Made by a program: the position numbers and the translations under genes. 64,000 nucleotides of DNA from an uncultured virus (IMG/VR IMGVR_UViG_3300037225_000744) (taxonomy: Duplodnaviria > Heunggongvirae > Uroviricota > Caudoviricetes): IMG/VR virus record IMGVR_UViG_3300037225_000744; one strand, written 5' to 3'. Numbering within the stretch: position 1 is the first letter of the stretch; each line of letters starts with the position of its first letter. Below are positions 30,735-40,736 of this stretch, piece after piece. The notes below the pieces were generated by a model. It ran no database searches and was not told the origin of the DNA. It was given only the letters and a program-made list of their open reading frames with translations.

Positions 30735-32255
30735 ATGAGTGACAAAAAGATTTTAGTTATTCTAGACATAGCCAATAACCACAATGGTAGTTTAGAAAAA
30801 GGATTAAAAATTATAAATGAGTTTCATGAAGTAATTAAAAAATATACAGATATATTTGATTTTGGATTTAAGTTCCAATATAGAAATATAGATACGTTTA
30901 TCCATCCTTGTTATAAAAACAATTTAGATTATAAATATGTTAAAAGATTTTCTGAAACTAGATTAACAGATGAAGAATTTATTGTATTAAAAAATAGAAT
31001 TAAAGAATTAAATTATTTAGCTATTTGTACTCCTTTTGATGAAATATCAGTAGATAAAATAATAAAACAAGATTTTGATATCTGCAAAATAGCTTCGTGC
31101 TCTGTAACAGATTGGCCTCTTTTAGAAAAGATAGCAACAGTAAATAAGCCTATAATTATTTCTACTGCTGGGGCATCAATTGAAGATATAGATAAAGTTG
31201 TTAGTTTTTTTAATAATAGAAAAAAAGATATTTCATTGATGCACTGTGTTGCTGAATATCCTTGCGAGTCTGGAAATTTGCAATTAAATCAAATAGATTT
31301 TTTAAAAAATAGATACCCTGAAATTACAATTGGGTTTAGTACTCATGAACGTACAGATGCAATTGTTCCTATAAGAATAGCTATTTCTAAAGGCTGTAAA
31401 ATAATAGAATGTCATATAGATTTAGATTGTGAAGCAAAAAATAAATATTCTAAAACTCCTATACAGTTACATAATTGGATTGATTCAGCTAAACAAACTT
31501 TAGAATTTTGTGGCGTGGAAAATAAAAGATATATTTCAAGCGAAAAAGAAAAGCAAGATTTATATGGATTAAGAAGAGCTGTATATACAAATAATGATAT
31601 AGCAGAAGGTACTAAAATAAAATTAGAAGATGTAGATTTATGTATACCACTTCAAGAGATGCAATTATCAGCAAATGATTTATCTAAGTATACTGAATTT
31701 AAAGCAATACGAGATATAAAAAAGAATGAACCTATTTTATTTGAAGATGTAGAAGTAAAAAATATAAGAGAAGATGTATATCATATTATTAAAGATGTTT
31801 ATTCTCTAATTAAAAAAAGTGGTATAATATTACCAGAAAAATTTAATATTCAATTGAGTCACCACTATGGGATAAATGGGTTTTATAATAATGGTACTAC
31901 TATAATAGAGATAATTAACCGGGAATACTGCAAAAAACTACTTATATGCTTACCTAATCAAAATCACCCTATGCATGCTCATAAATTAAAGGAAGAAGCA
32001 TTTTGTATTCTTTATGGGAAGATAGTTATTCTATTAGATGATGAAATTAAGCATTTAAATACAGGAGATATATTTTTAGTAGAAAGAGAAATGAATCACG
32101 GCTTTATATCAAAAGAAGGTGCAATCATCGAGGAAGTGTCAAGTACCCATTATAAAAATGATTCTTATTACAAAGATCAACTTATAATGAATAATATAGC
32201 AGATAGAAAAACTGATTTAGTAATGACTAGAGAGCAATTGGAAAAATTAGTATAA
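30735..32255 (+). CDS. NeuB-family nonulosonic-acid synthase with SAF and C-terminal cupin domains
   Basis: ANNHNG, CTPFD, KIAS, HCVAEYP, GFSTH; cupin HPMHAHKLKEE...HGF...IIEEVS. Confidence 0.9.
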   Translation: MSDKKILVILDIANNHNGSLEKGLKIINEFHEVIKKYTDIFDFGFKFQYRNIDTFIHPCYKNNLDYKYVKRFSETRLTDEEFIVLKNRIKELNYLAICTPFDEISVDKIIKQDFDICKIASCSVTDWPLLEKIATVNKPIIISTAGASIEDIDKVVSFFNNRKKDISLMHCVAEYPCESGNLQLNQIDFLKNRYPEITIGFSTHERTDAIVPIRIAISKGCKIIECHIDLDCEAKNKYSKTPIQLHNWIDSAKQTLEFCGVENKRYISSEKEKQDLYGLRRAVYTNNDIAEGTKIKLEDVDLCIPLQEMQLSANDLSKYTEFKAIRDIKKNEPILFEDVEVKNIREDVYHIIKDVYSLIKKSGIILPEKFNIQLSHHYGINGFYNNGTTIIEIINREYCKKLLICLPNQNHPMHAHKLKEEAFCILYGKIVILLDDEIKHLNTGDIFLVEREMNHGFISKEGAIIEEVSSTHYKNDSYYKDQLIMNNIADRKTDLVMTREQLEKLV

Positions 32256-32615
32256 TTTGTAAAATTTTTTTATATATTATAATAAGGAGAAGAAAAAATG
32301 AAAGTTTATTTAGGTGATTCTGTATATTTAGAAATTGATAGAGATACTATTATTTTAACTACAGAAAATGGGTGTGGTCCTACAAATACTATCTATTTAG
32401 AAGCAGATGTACTTGACGCCTTAATCGCACATATAGAAAAATTAAGGAGGGAATAGCTATGTGTTTCTCAGGTAAATGCAAATATGAACAATATTCTGGA
32501 GATTGTAAAATAAGTTTGGAATTAGAACTAGGGCATAAAATTCCTAAGGATGCAGCTTGTTATGAAAAAGAAGAAGATATAATTGTACAAGAACTAATAA
32601 TTAAGGAGAAAATAT

Positions 32616-33044
32616 ATGAAAAGAAAAATTGACTTCAAGAAAGATATGAAAGTAATTAAAAATGTGCTTCTTGATTTTTTTGATGAAGAAAATATATTCA
32701 TTGATGATAATATGATTCTTTTCCCAGCTGGTACTTTTAGTTTAGAAAAAAAGATAGGTTGGACATTTTCATTTGATGGAACTTTTTGTATCGAAGCTTT
32801 GGATATGCAATGTGTGATAATTCTTTTAAATATGCTATATGCTAAAAATTTTAAAATTTCAATATTTGAATGGTTCTATAATGTATTTAACGAGGAAGGA
32901 ATTTGTGCTGGTACTATTTTTAATAGTGATATAGAGGCTAAAGCTGAAGAATTAGGTATAGATTATTATGATGCTAAAGCTATTTGTGAAGGAAAAATGA
33001 TAGATGATTTTATGAAAGAATTAGAAAGTAAAGAGGGAAAATAA
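32616..33044 (+). CDS. Hypothetical protein
   Basis: ORF track; RBS. Confidence 0.6.
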   Translation: MKRKIDFKKDMKVIKNVLLDFFDEENIFIDDNMILFPAGTFSLEKKIGWTFSFDGTFCIEALDMQCVIILLNMLYAKNFKISIFEWFYNVFNEEGICAGTIFNSDIEAKAEELGIDYYDAKAICEGKMIDDFMKELESKEGK

Positions 33045-33124
33045 GATGGAACTTGTATTTATAATTCTGGGTATAGTAGGAGTTATTGCTTTAAGCTTAA
33101 TATTATTATTTTTTGAGAAATAGT

Positions 33125-33712
33125 ATGAAGACAATAGTGTGGGATGTGGACGAGGTTTTAAATAATTTAGTTATTGAATGGTTAGAATATTGGAAAGTAC
33201 TATTTCCAGATTGTAAAATAACTTATGATCAAATAACGAATTATTCTCTTAAAAAAGTTTTGAATGCTCCTTCAAATGAAATTTTACAATCTATAGATGA
33301 TTTTAAATTTCTAGGTTTTTTTACAGACTTAAAACCTAATCAAAAAATCTTAAAATGGTTTGAGGAATATGGGAAATATTTTCATCATATAGCTTTGACT
33401 TCTTGTTCATTAAGAACTTCTCATATTTCAGCATCTTGGGTATATGAAAATTTTGGTCGATGGATTAGATCATTTCATTGTATACCATCATCAAGAGAAG
33501 GAAAAGAAGATATTATTTACGATATAAATAAAGCTGAATATATAAAAAGAATTGAAGATGTAGATATATTTATAGACGATTGCCCTGAGAATTGTGAAAA
33601 AGTGCAGGATTTATATCATGGTATAAAAATATTTACTCCAAAAAAACCTTGGAATACTGGTACTGGTATAGATATAGAAGAGATATTGAGGGAGATTACA
33701 AAATTGATATGA
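33125..33712 (+). CDS. HAD-family phosphatase (5'(3')-nucleotidase-like)
   Basis: WDVDEVL, ALTS, FIDDCPEN, PWN. Confidence 0.8.
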   Translation: MKTIVWDVDEVLNNLVIEWLEYWKVLFPDCKITYDQITNYSLKKVLNAPSNEILQSIDDFKFLGFFTDLKPNQKILKWFEEYGKYFHHIALTSCSLRTSHISASWVYENFGRWIRSFHCIPSSREGKEDIIYDINKAEYIKRIEDVDIFIDDCPENCEKVQDLYHGIKIFTPKKPWNTGTGIDIEEILREITKLI

Positions 33713-34272
33713 TGACTGTTTCTGATTATATTATAAAAAGAATAGAAGAACTAGGGGTTAAAACTGTATTTCATTGTACTGGGGGCATGTGTATGTTTTT
33801 AACCGAGGCTCTTAGGAAAAGTAATTTAGAAATAGTATTTCCTTTTCACGAGCAAAACTCCGTTTGCATGGCTGATGGATACGCACAGATAACAAATAAT
33901 ATAGGCATTGCTATAGTAACAGCAGGTCCAGGCATTTTAAATACAGTAACAGCAATAGCAGCATCTTATGCAGATTCAATCCCATTACTTATAATTGCAG
34001 GTCAAGCAAAAACAACTGATTTTTCAAAAACAAGATCATTTGGTGTTCAAGGCGTAAATATTATAGATGTTATGAAACCAATTACTACTTTTGCTATTGA
34101 GTTATATGATAATAAAAATATTAAGTATTTTTTAGATAATGCAATTTTGTATGCAACAGCCGCTAGAAAAGGACCTAGTTTTATTTCAGTTCCTTTAGAT
34201 GTTCAAAATTTAAAAACTTCCAGAAAGAAATCCACGAAGTCTTTAGCTTCGTTGGATGAATTGCTGAGATGA
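33709..34272 (+). CDS. Thiamine-diphosphate enzyme, N-terminal (PYR) part, acetolactate synthase/YerE-like
   Basis: HEQ, MADGYA, TAGPG, DSIPLLIIAGQ, GVQ, GPSFISVPLDVQ. Confidence 0.9.
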   Translation: MMTVSDYIIKRIEELGVKTVFHCTGGMCMFLTEALRKSNLEIVFPFHEQNSVCMADGYAQITNNIGIAIVTAGPGILNTVTAIAASYADSIPLLIIAGQAKTTDFSKTRSFGVQGVNIIDVMKPITTFAIELYDNKNIKYFLDNAILYATAARKGPSFISVPLDVQNLKTSRKKSTKSLASLDELLR

Positions 34273-35565
34273 AAATAGAGTTTACTAATTAAAAAATATG
34301 AATGATAAAACTAAAAATTGGATTAAAAAAGTAAAACAAACAAGAGAAAAAAGAAAATCTCAAGTTTGTAAAGTATTTGAATTGAAATTTGATATGTCTC
34401 ATCTATCAAAAGAAAAATCATTCTACTTAAATCAACTTTTTCTTGAAGCCAAATGGTTATATAATTCTATTATAGCTTCAGATGATATTTTTAAATTTGA
34501 TTCTAAAAATAAAATAGTAGAAGGTTTAGATAAAGATAAAAATATTGTTCAAAAAGAATTAAAAGTTTTATCATCTCAAATGAGACAAGCAATTCATCAA
34601 AAAGTTCAGTGGGCTATTAAAGCCCTATCCACTAAAAAGAAGAAAGGTAAAAAGAAAGAAGTTGGAAGATTAAAATTTAAGAGTCAAATAAATTCTATAG
34701 TTTTAAATCAATTTGAAATAACCTATAGATTTGAAAATGATAAATATATTTTTATTCAAGGATTTAAAAAACATTTCAAAATTCAAGGTTTTGATCAAAT
34801 ACCAAAGGAAGCAGAGTTTGTTAATGCTACATTAATAAGAAAGTGTGGAAATTATTATTTAAAAGTAACTTGTTTTTTACCAAAAGAAGAGAAGATTAAA
34901 ACAGGAAAAAGTGTAGGATTAGATTTTGGTATCAAAACATCTGTTACTGATTCAGAGGGAAACAAATATAATTTTCAATTTAAAGAAACGAAACAATTAA
35001 AAAAGATTTCAAGAAAAATGAATAAAAAGAAAAAAGGAAGTAAGAATAGATATAAAACAAAATTAAAGCTACAAAAGCAGTATGAAAAATTAAACAATAA
35101 GAAAAAAGATGTTAGAGTAAAATTTGTATCAAAATTAATAAAAGAAAATGATGTGATTTGTATTCAAAATGAACAAATACATAATTGGGCAAAAAGTAAA
35201 ATGAAAGGATTTGGAAGAAAAGTTCAACATTCAATTATGGGTGGGATAATTTCTGGTTTAAAAAAGAAATCAGAGACAGTTGTAATTGACAGATTTTTTC
35301 CTAGTACTAGATTATGCCCTAATTGTGGTTTATTAAATTCTATTTCTCTTGATGAAAGAATTTATAGTTGTAATTGTGGTTATCAAGGAGATAGAGACAC
35401 TCATTCAGCAAAAAATATTTTGAATGAGGGATTAAAAATTTCTAAGGAATTTAGAAATAAAATGCCTTTGGAGAAGATGTTAGACTTAGAAGAAACATTT
35501 GTTTTGGATAAGCAATTTTCAATGAAGAAGGAAGCCTATGAGTCTTTAGCTCATAGGTAGTTCAC
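34214..35565 (+). mobile_element. TnpB element E2, no tnpA
   Basis: Target TTAA (34210-34213); left AAAT plus hairpin; right GAAG-hairpin-TAGTTCAC. Confidence 0.85.
34298..35560 (+). CDS. tnpB: TnpB endonuclease
   Basis: GLDFGIK, IQNE, CPNCG...CNCG, DRDTHSAKNI. Confidence 0.92.
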   Translation: MNDKTKNWIKKVKQTREKRKSQVCKVFELKFDMSHLSKEKSFYLNQLFLEAKWLYNSIIASDDIFKFDSKNKIVEGLDKDKNIVQKELKVLSSQMRQAIHQKVQWAIKALSTKKKKGKKKEVGRLKFKSQINSIVLNQFEITYRFENDKYIFIQGFKKHFKIQGFDQIPKEAEFVNATLIRKCGNYYLKVTCFLPKEEKIKTGKSVGLDFGIKTSVTDSEGNKYNFQFKETKQLKKISRKMNKKKKGSKNRYKTKLKLQKQYEKLNNKKKDVRVKFVSKLIKENDVICIQNEQIHNWAKSKMKGFGRKVQHSIMGGIISGLKKKSETVVIDRFFPSTRLCPNCGLLNSISLDERIYSCNCGYQGDRDTHSAKNILNEGLKISKEFRNKMPLEKMLDLEETFVLDKQFSMKKEAYESLAHR

Positions 35566-35575
35566 TAATGGAAAA

Positions 35576-36829
35576 TTGATTGTGGAAAAAGATATTAAAA
35601 ATATTTATAGATTAATCTCTTTAATAAATCATTCTAAAAGACCTGTTTTCTTTTTAGGGAATGGAATGAGAGATTCTATCTATTACTTAAATGAATTAAA
35701 AAAATTTAATATACCAATTTTACTTAGTTGGAAAGCAGCAGATTTTTTATCTCATAATGATAATTTATATTTTGGTAGACCTGGGAGTATAAGTACTCGA
35801 TACGCTAATATTATTTTACAAAAAAGTGATTTAGTTATAAATATAGGATCGAGATTAGATCCAGCAGTTGTAGCTCATAATTACAAAAATTTTGCTCCTA
35901 ATGCAAAAAAGATTATTGTAGATATAGATCAGAATGAAATAGATAAATTAGATTTTGAAAAAGAAATTGAGTTTTGGATGAATTCTGAATTATTTATAAA
36001 ATTACTATTAGAAAGAACAAAAGAAATTCATTATAATTTTAATGATTGGATATTGGAATGTACTAGATTAAAAAATAGATTTGATATAGATAAAGAAAAA
36101 ATTGATTATAATATTAACTATATAAATCCATATCATTTTATAAGTATTTTATCAGAGTTATTAACTAATGAAGATACAATTATAGCTGATAGTTCAGGTA
36201 GCGCAAGTGAGATTACACAGCAAACTTTTAAAGTCAAAAAAGGGCAAAGACTTATTTGTTCTCCTGCATTAGGTTCGATGGGGTTCCAATTAGGGCAAGC
36301 AATTGGGGCATGTTTTGCTAGTGATAAAAAAAGAACTATTTGTATTTCTGGGGATGGTTCTATAATGTTAAATATTCAGGAATTAGAATTAATTTCAAGA
36401 CATAATTTACCTATTCATATTTTTATTTTTTCAAATAATGAATATGCTTCGATTCGTAATTCACAAAATAAATTTTTTAATGGTAATTTAATAGGATGTG
36501 ATAGTAACAGTGGTTTAACTATTCCTTGTTTTTCTAAAATAGCTGCTTCCTATAATATAGAATATTTTTATACTCATGTATTATCTAAAAAAGGAATATC
36601 ATTAAAAGAAGAAATAAGATATATTTTAAATTATGAAGGACCTGCTATTTGTGAATTAGAAATAGATCCTTATATACAAACACAACCTAAAGTTATGAGT
36701 AGTGTAGATGAAAATGGTAAGTTAGTATCAGGAACCTTAGAGAATATGTGGCCCTATTTAGATAAGGAAGTATTAGAAGAGATAATGCGTACTAATATGA
36801 CTCCAGATCATATTTATAAATGCGATTAA
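35576..36829 (+). CDS. Thiamine-diphosphate enzyme, central and PP domains
   Basis: SKRPVFFLGNG, IGSRLD, VDID, LGSMGF, GDGS...NN. Confidence 0.9.
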   Translation: MIVEKDIKNIYRLISLINHSKRPVFFLGNGMRDSIYYLNELKKFNIPILLSWKAADFLSHNDNLYFGRPGSISTRYANIILQKSDLVINIGSRLDPAVVAHNYKNFAPNAKKIIVDIDQNEIDKLDFEKEIEFWMNSELFIKLLLERTKEIHYNFNDWILECTRLKNRFDIDKEKIDYNINYINPYHFISILSELLTNEDTIIADSSGSASEITQQTFKVKKGQRLICSPALGSMGFQLGQAIGACFASDKKRTICISGDGSIMLNIQELELISRHNLPIHIFIFSNNEYASIRNSQNKFFNGNLIGCDSNSGLTIPCFSKIAASYNIEYFYTHVLSKKGISLKEEIRYILNYEGPAICELEIDPYIQTQPKVMSSVDENGKLVSGTLENMWPYLDKEVLEEIMRTNMTPDHIYKCD

Positions 36830-36839
36830 GGGAGAATAC

Positions 36840-37889
36840 ATGAATCAGAAAGAAATAGATAGTAGAGATAAATTAAAAGAAGAAAAGCCATTGGTATATA
36901 AAAAAGTACTACAAAATAAAATAGCACCGATTATTCAATTGCAATACGATTATCGTTGTAATATGAAATGCAGTTTTTGTTCTATTCAAAAGATGCAAAA
37001 TAAAAAAAGAAGATCGCTTAATCCCATAGATGTAAAAAATATATGTAATCAAGCAGACGAATTAGGATTATATAGAATAGTGATAACAGGTGGAGAACCC
37101 ACAATTATAAAAGATCTAGAAGAAATAGTACAAGCAATTGACACAAAAAGATTTTTTATAAATATGGATTCTAATGGGTACTTACTCAATGAAGATAAAA
37201 TAAAATATTTAAAAAAAATAGGAATAGATAGAATTCAATTAAGTATAGATAATTTATACCCAGAAGATCACGACTCCTTTAGATGCATAAAAGGATCTCA
37301 TGAAAGATGTATGAAAGCAGTAGATTATTGCATAAATAATAATATGGGCATATTTATACAAACAGTAGTAACTAAACAAAGATTACATTCTAAAGAATTT
37401 ATTGATTTTATAGAATATTTTAATAATAAAGGAGTAATGGTATTTATAACATTTTCAAAACCTGTTGGATTATTTGAGAACCATTTAGATGAAATGATAA
37501 ATGAAGATGATTTAAGATTTGAAGAAGAATTAGAAAAGATATATAATGTATGTACTCATTTAACACCAGGATATGGAGCAAATTTAGAAAGACATTGTGT
37601 AGCAGCAAAAAATATTTTTTCTATAACTGCTTATGGTGATTGTATTCCTTGCCCATACTTTTATTGTTCTTTTGGGAATTTATTTGAAGAATCTTTAGAA
37701 ACTATTTTAAATAGAATGCAAAGTTTAAAGTTTTTTAGAAAGCCAAATTGCCCAATAGCAATGGATAAAAATTTAGCAACAAAATTATATAATAAGGAAT
37801 TACCTGTTAATTATAAAGAAATTTTTAATGAGAGTGACTTTACTATGAAAAGGCAAAAAGAAAGCCCAATGTCTTCAGCTTTGGGATGA
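36840..37889 (+). CDS. Radical SAM/SPASM protein
   Basis: CNMKCSFC, TGGEP, CVAA...GDCIPCP. Confidence 0.9.
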   Translation: MNQKEIDSRDKLKEEKPLVYKKVLQNKIAPIIQLQYDYRCNMKCSFCSIQKMQNKKRRSLNPIDVKNICNQADELGLYRIVITGGEPTIIKDLEEIVQAIDTKRFFINMDSNGYLLNEDKIKYLKKIGIDRIQLSIDNLYPEDHDSFRCIKGSHERCMKAVDYCINNNMGIFIQTVVTKQRLHSKEFIDFIEYFNNKGVMVFITFSKPVGLFENHLDEMINEDDLRFEEELEKIYNVCTHLTPGYGANLERHCVAAKNIFSITAYGDCIPCPYFYCSFGNLFEESLETILNRMQSLKFFRKPNCPIAMDKNLATKLYNKELPVNYKEIFNESDFTMKRQKESPMSSALG

Positions 37890-37924
37890 ATTTTTGCGAT
37901 TCTTGTATTTTTTTGAAGATATAC

Positions 37925-37956
37925 TTGACTTTTGTACTAATAAAGAGTATATTATT
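37925..37956 (+). promoter_or_regulatory. Composite promoter of tnpB E3 (also in E1 at 1031-1062, minus)
   Basis: TTGACT-17 nt-TATATT with TACTAATAA inside the spacer. Confidence 0.7.
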
Positions 37957-37978
37957 TAGGTAATTTGAGTTAAGTAAA

Positions 37979-39232
37979 ATGAATAAAGAAGATAAAAATA
38001 AACAAATTAAAGAAACTCTTGCTAAAACAAGAGAAAAGCGGAAAACTCAAAAATGTATGGTTTTTGAGTTAAAACTTGATTCCAAACACTTTAATTTAAA
38101 AACTAAAGAAACTCTTAAAATGATGTTTATAGAGGCTAAGTGGTTGTATAATTTTTATCTCTCACAAAAAGATATTTTTAAGATTGATACTAAAATTGAT
38201 AAAGTTATTCATAAAGATAAAGAAGGAAATGATGTTGAATCAGAATTGAAATACATCACTGCTAAATCTAAACAATCAGTTTATGAGGTTTTAAAAGATT
38301 CCATAAAAGGTTTATCAGCTTCTAAGAAAAAGGGAAATAATATAGGAAAATTAAAATTTAAATCTCAATATAATTCAATTGATCTAAATCAGTATGATAA
38401 TACTCACAAAATAATCTCTGAAAATAAAATAAAAATTCAGGGTATCAAACAACACTTAAAAGTATTTGGATTAAACCAGATTAAACCGGAATATGAAATT
38501 GCAAATGCAAAATTGATTAGAAAGGCTTCTGGTTATCACATCAAACTGACTTGTTTTGAATTTATAAAACAAAAATATTTTAATGAAGAAACAAAGAAGG
38601 ATGTGGGAGTTGATTTTGGTATTAAAGATTCTATCATAACTTCTGATGGAAAAAAATTTAAAGTATCTATTGAAGAATCAGAACGCCTCAAGAAATTGCA
38701 GAGAAGATTTGCTAAAACAAAGAAGGGTTCTAACAATGGGTATAAGATTAAATTTAAAATTCAGAAGGAATATGAAAGAATTGGGAATAGAAGAAATGAT
38801 GCTGCTAATAAAATTGTTAATTTTCTTTTAACAAAATATCAAACTGTATATTTTCAAGATGAGATGATAAAAGCTTGGCATCATGGAAGGTTTGGGAAAC
38901 AAGTTCAAAATAGTTGCTTAGGAAGGATCAAAGCAAAATTAAAGTTATCACCTAATGCTTTTATGATAGAACAAAGTTTTCCTTCTACAAAATTATGTTT
39001 AAATTGTGGTACTTTGAATCAATTATCTTTAGCTGATAGAGAATATATTTGTGATTGTGGTTATAGGGAAGACAGAGATATTAAAGCAGCTAAAACTATT
39101 CTTTATGCTGGAAAATGCAAAAATAATTATATACCTATGGAATGTAGGGAATTTAAGCCTGTGGAGAAGATGTTAGACTTGTATTCTTTAGACAAGCATT
39201 TTTCTGTGAAGCAGGAAGCCAAAGCCCTTTAG
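37979..39232 (+). CDS. tnpB: TnpB endonuclease
   Basis: GVDFGIK, FQDE, CLNCG...CDCG, DRDIKAAKTI. Confidence 0.92.
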   Translation: MNKEDKNKQIKETLAKTREKRKTQKCMVFELKLDSKHFNLKTKETLKMMFIEAKWLYNFYLSQKDIFKIDTKIDKVIHKDKEGNDVESELKYITAKSKQSVYEVLKDSIKGLSASKKKGNNIGKLKFKSQYNSIDLNQYDNTHKIISENKIKIQGIKQHLKVFGLNQIKPEYEIANAKLIRKASGYHIKLTCFEFIKQKYFNEETKKDVGVDFGIKDSIITSDGKKFKVSIEESERLKKLQRRFAKTKKGSNNGYKIKFKIQKEYERIGNRRNDAANKIVNFLLTKYQTVYFQDEMIKAWHHGRFGKQVQNSCLGRIKAKLKLSPNAFMIEQSFPSTKLCLNCGTLNQLSLADREYICDCGYREDRDIKAAKTILYAGKCKNNYIPMECREFKPVEKMLDLYSLDKHFSVKQEAKAL

Positions 39233-39247
39233 GGTTTGGTAATTCAC

Positions 39248-39700
39248 ATGATAATGACAAAAAAAGAATTTGAAGATATAAGCACAAAGATCCCTATGGT
39301 AAATGTAGATCTTTTAGTAGAAAATGAAAAAGGAGAAATATTACTTTCATGGAGAGATGATGAATTTTATACAGGTTGGCATTTTCCTGGAAGATGTATA
39401 AGATTTAAAGAAACTATGGAAGAAGCAGTTGCTAATTGTTTAAAAGATGAGATAGGGGTTGATTTAGATGATTATAAATATAATGACTTAGTACAAATAG
39501 TACAAACAATACATCCTACAAGAAGAATAAGAGGGCATTTTATTTCTTTTTTATATTCAATAGGAGTAGAAAATTTAAATATAGATAAATTTAATAGTTG
39601 TATAGAACATAATGTAGGTACTTTAAAATGGTTTAGTAAATGCCCAGATAATTTACTAGAGTGTCAAAAAGATTACAGACATTTTTGGGGTAGTAAATGA
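39248..39700 (+). CDS. NUDIX hydrolase, GDP-mannose mannosyl hydrolase-like
   Basis: PMVNVDLLV, WHFPGRCIRFKET, RGHFIS. Confidence 0.8.
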   Translation: MIMTKKEFEDISTKIPMVNVDLLVENEKGEILLSWRDDEFYTGWHFPGRCIRFKETMEEAVANCLKDEIGVDLDDYKYNDLVQIVQTIHPTRRIRGHFISFLYSIGVENLNIDKFNSCIEHNVGTLKWFSKCPDNLLECQKDYRHFWGSK

Positions 39701-40698
39701 AAGCTAAAAATTTAACAGGAAAATTACCCGGTGGGAAGAGACAAAAGTTAATAGATATTATACCTTTAAGAACACCTATTTTATTACAATTCTTCCCTTC
39801 TTATATTTGTAATTTTAAATGTTCATACTGTGAAATGTCTGTTCCTAAAAAAGATAGAGGGTTTATTTCTGATAAAGTGCATTTAGATTTCAATTTATAT
39901 AGAAGATGTATAGATGAATGTAAAAATTTTCCTGATAAGATAAAAGTTATTCGCTTCGTAGGCATGGGAGAACCCCTCATTCATAAGCAATTACCAGAGA
40001 TGATAAAATATGCTAAAGATGCAAAGATATGTAATAAAATAGAAATACTAACTAATGGCTCTTTACTTACTCATGAATTGTCTAATAAATTAATTACAGC
40101 AGGATTAGATAGCATGATTATATCTATTCAAGGTATTTCTGCTGAAAAATATAAACAAATAAGTAATGTAGTATTAGATTTTAAAAAATTTGTTGATAAT
40201 ATAAAATATTTTTATAAACATAAAAAGAAAACAAATTTATATATTAAAATTGTAGATATTGCTTTAGATAATAAAAAGGATGAAAGAAAATTTTTTATGT
40301 TATTTGGTGATATATGTGATGGTATAGCTATTGAATATGCCGCCCCTCATTATCCAGGCGTAAAAATGAATGACAATATAGAATTAAATAATAAAAAACA
40401 TACTCAATTTGGAAAGCAGGTTAAAGATATTCATATATGCCCGCAATCGTATTTTACAATACAAATCAATCCCGACGGGAAGTGTGTCCCATGTTATTCA
40501 ATTGCTTACCCAGAAATATTGGGGGATATAAATAATGAGTCTATATATGATATTTGGAATGGAGATAGATTTAAAAATTTTAGAATGCAAATGATTTTAA
40601 AAGGAAAAAAAGATATAAATAATATATGTAAAGAATGTAAAATAATTAACTATAGGTTTAATGAAGAAGATAGTTTGGAAGAATTATGGGAAGATTGA
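39697..40698 (+). CDS. Radical SAM/SPASM protein
   Basis: CNFKCSYC, GMGEPL, CPQ...DGKCVPC...CKEC. Confidence 0.9.
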   Translation: MKAKNLTGKLPGGKRQKLIDIIPLRTPILLQFFPSYICNFKCSYCEMSVPKKDRGFISDKVHLDFNLYRRCIDECKNFPDKIKVIRFVGMGEPLIHKQLPEMIKYAKDAKICNKIEILTNGSLLTHELSNKLITAGLDSMIISIQGISAEKYKQISNVVLDFKKFVDNIKYFYKHKKKTNLYIKIVDIALDNKKDERKFFMLFGDICDGIAIEYAAPHYPGVKMNDNIELNNKKHTQFGKQVKDIHICPQSYFTIQINPDGKCVPCYSIAYPEILGDINNESIYDIWNGDRFKNFRMQMILKGKKDINNICKECKIINYRFNEEDSLEELWED

Positions 40699-40736
40699 AT
40701 TAATATTTTTTATATATTATATTATAAGGAGAATTA

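Larger units (their letters stand above)
37844..39247 (+). mobile_element. TnpB element E3, no tnpA
   Basis: Target TTAC (37840-37843); left AAAG plus hairpin; right GAAG-hairpin-TAATTCAC; removal restores an ATGA gene overlap. Confidence 0.9.

Noticed and set aside
34214..39247. IStron or group I intron around the TnpB insertions
   Set aside because: Only about 85-135 nt lie between each left end and the tnpB start, too little for a ribozyme core; insertions sit at gene ends
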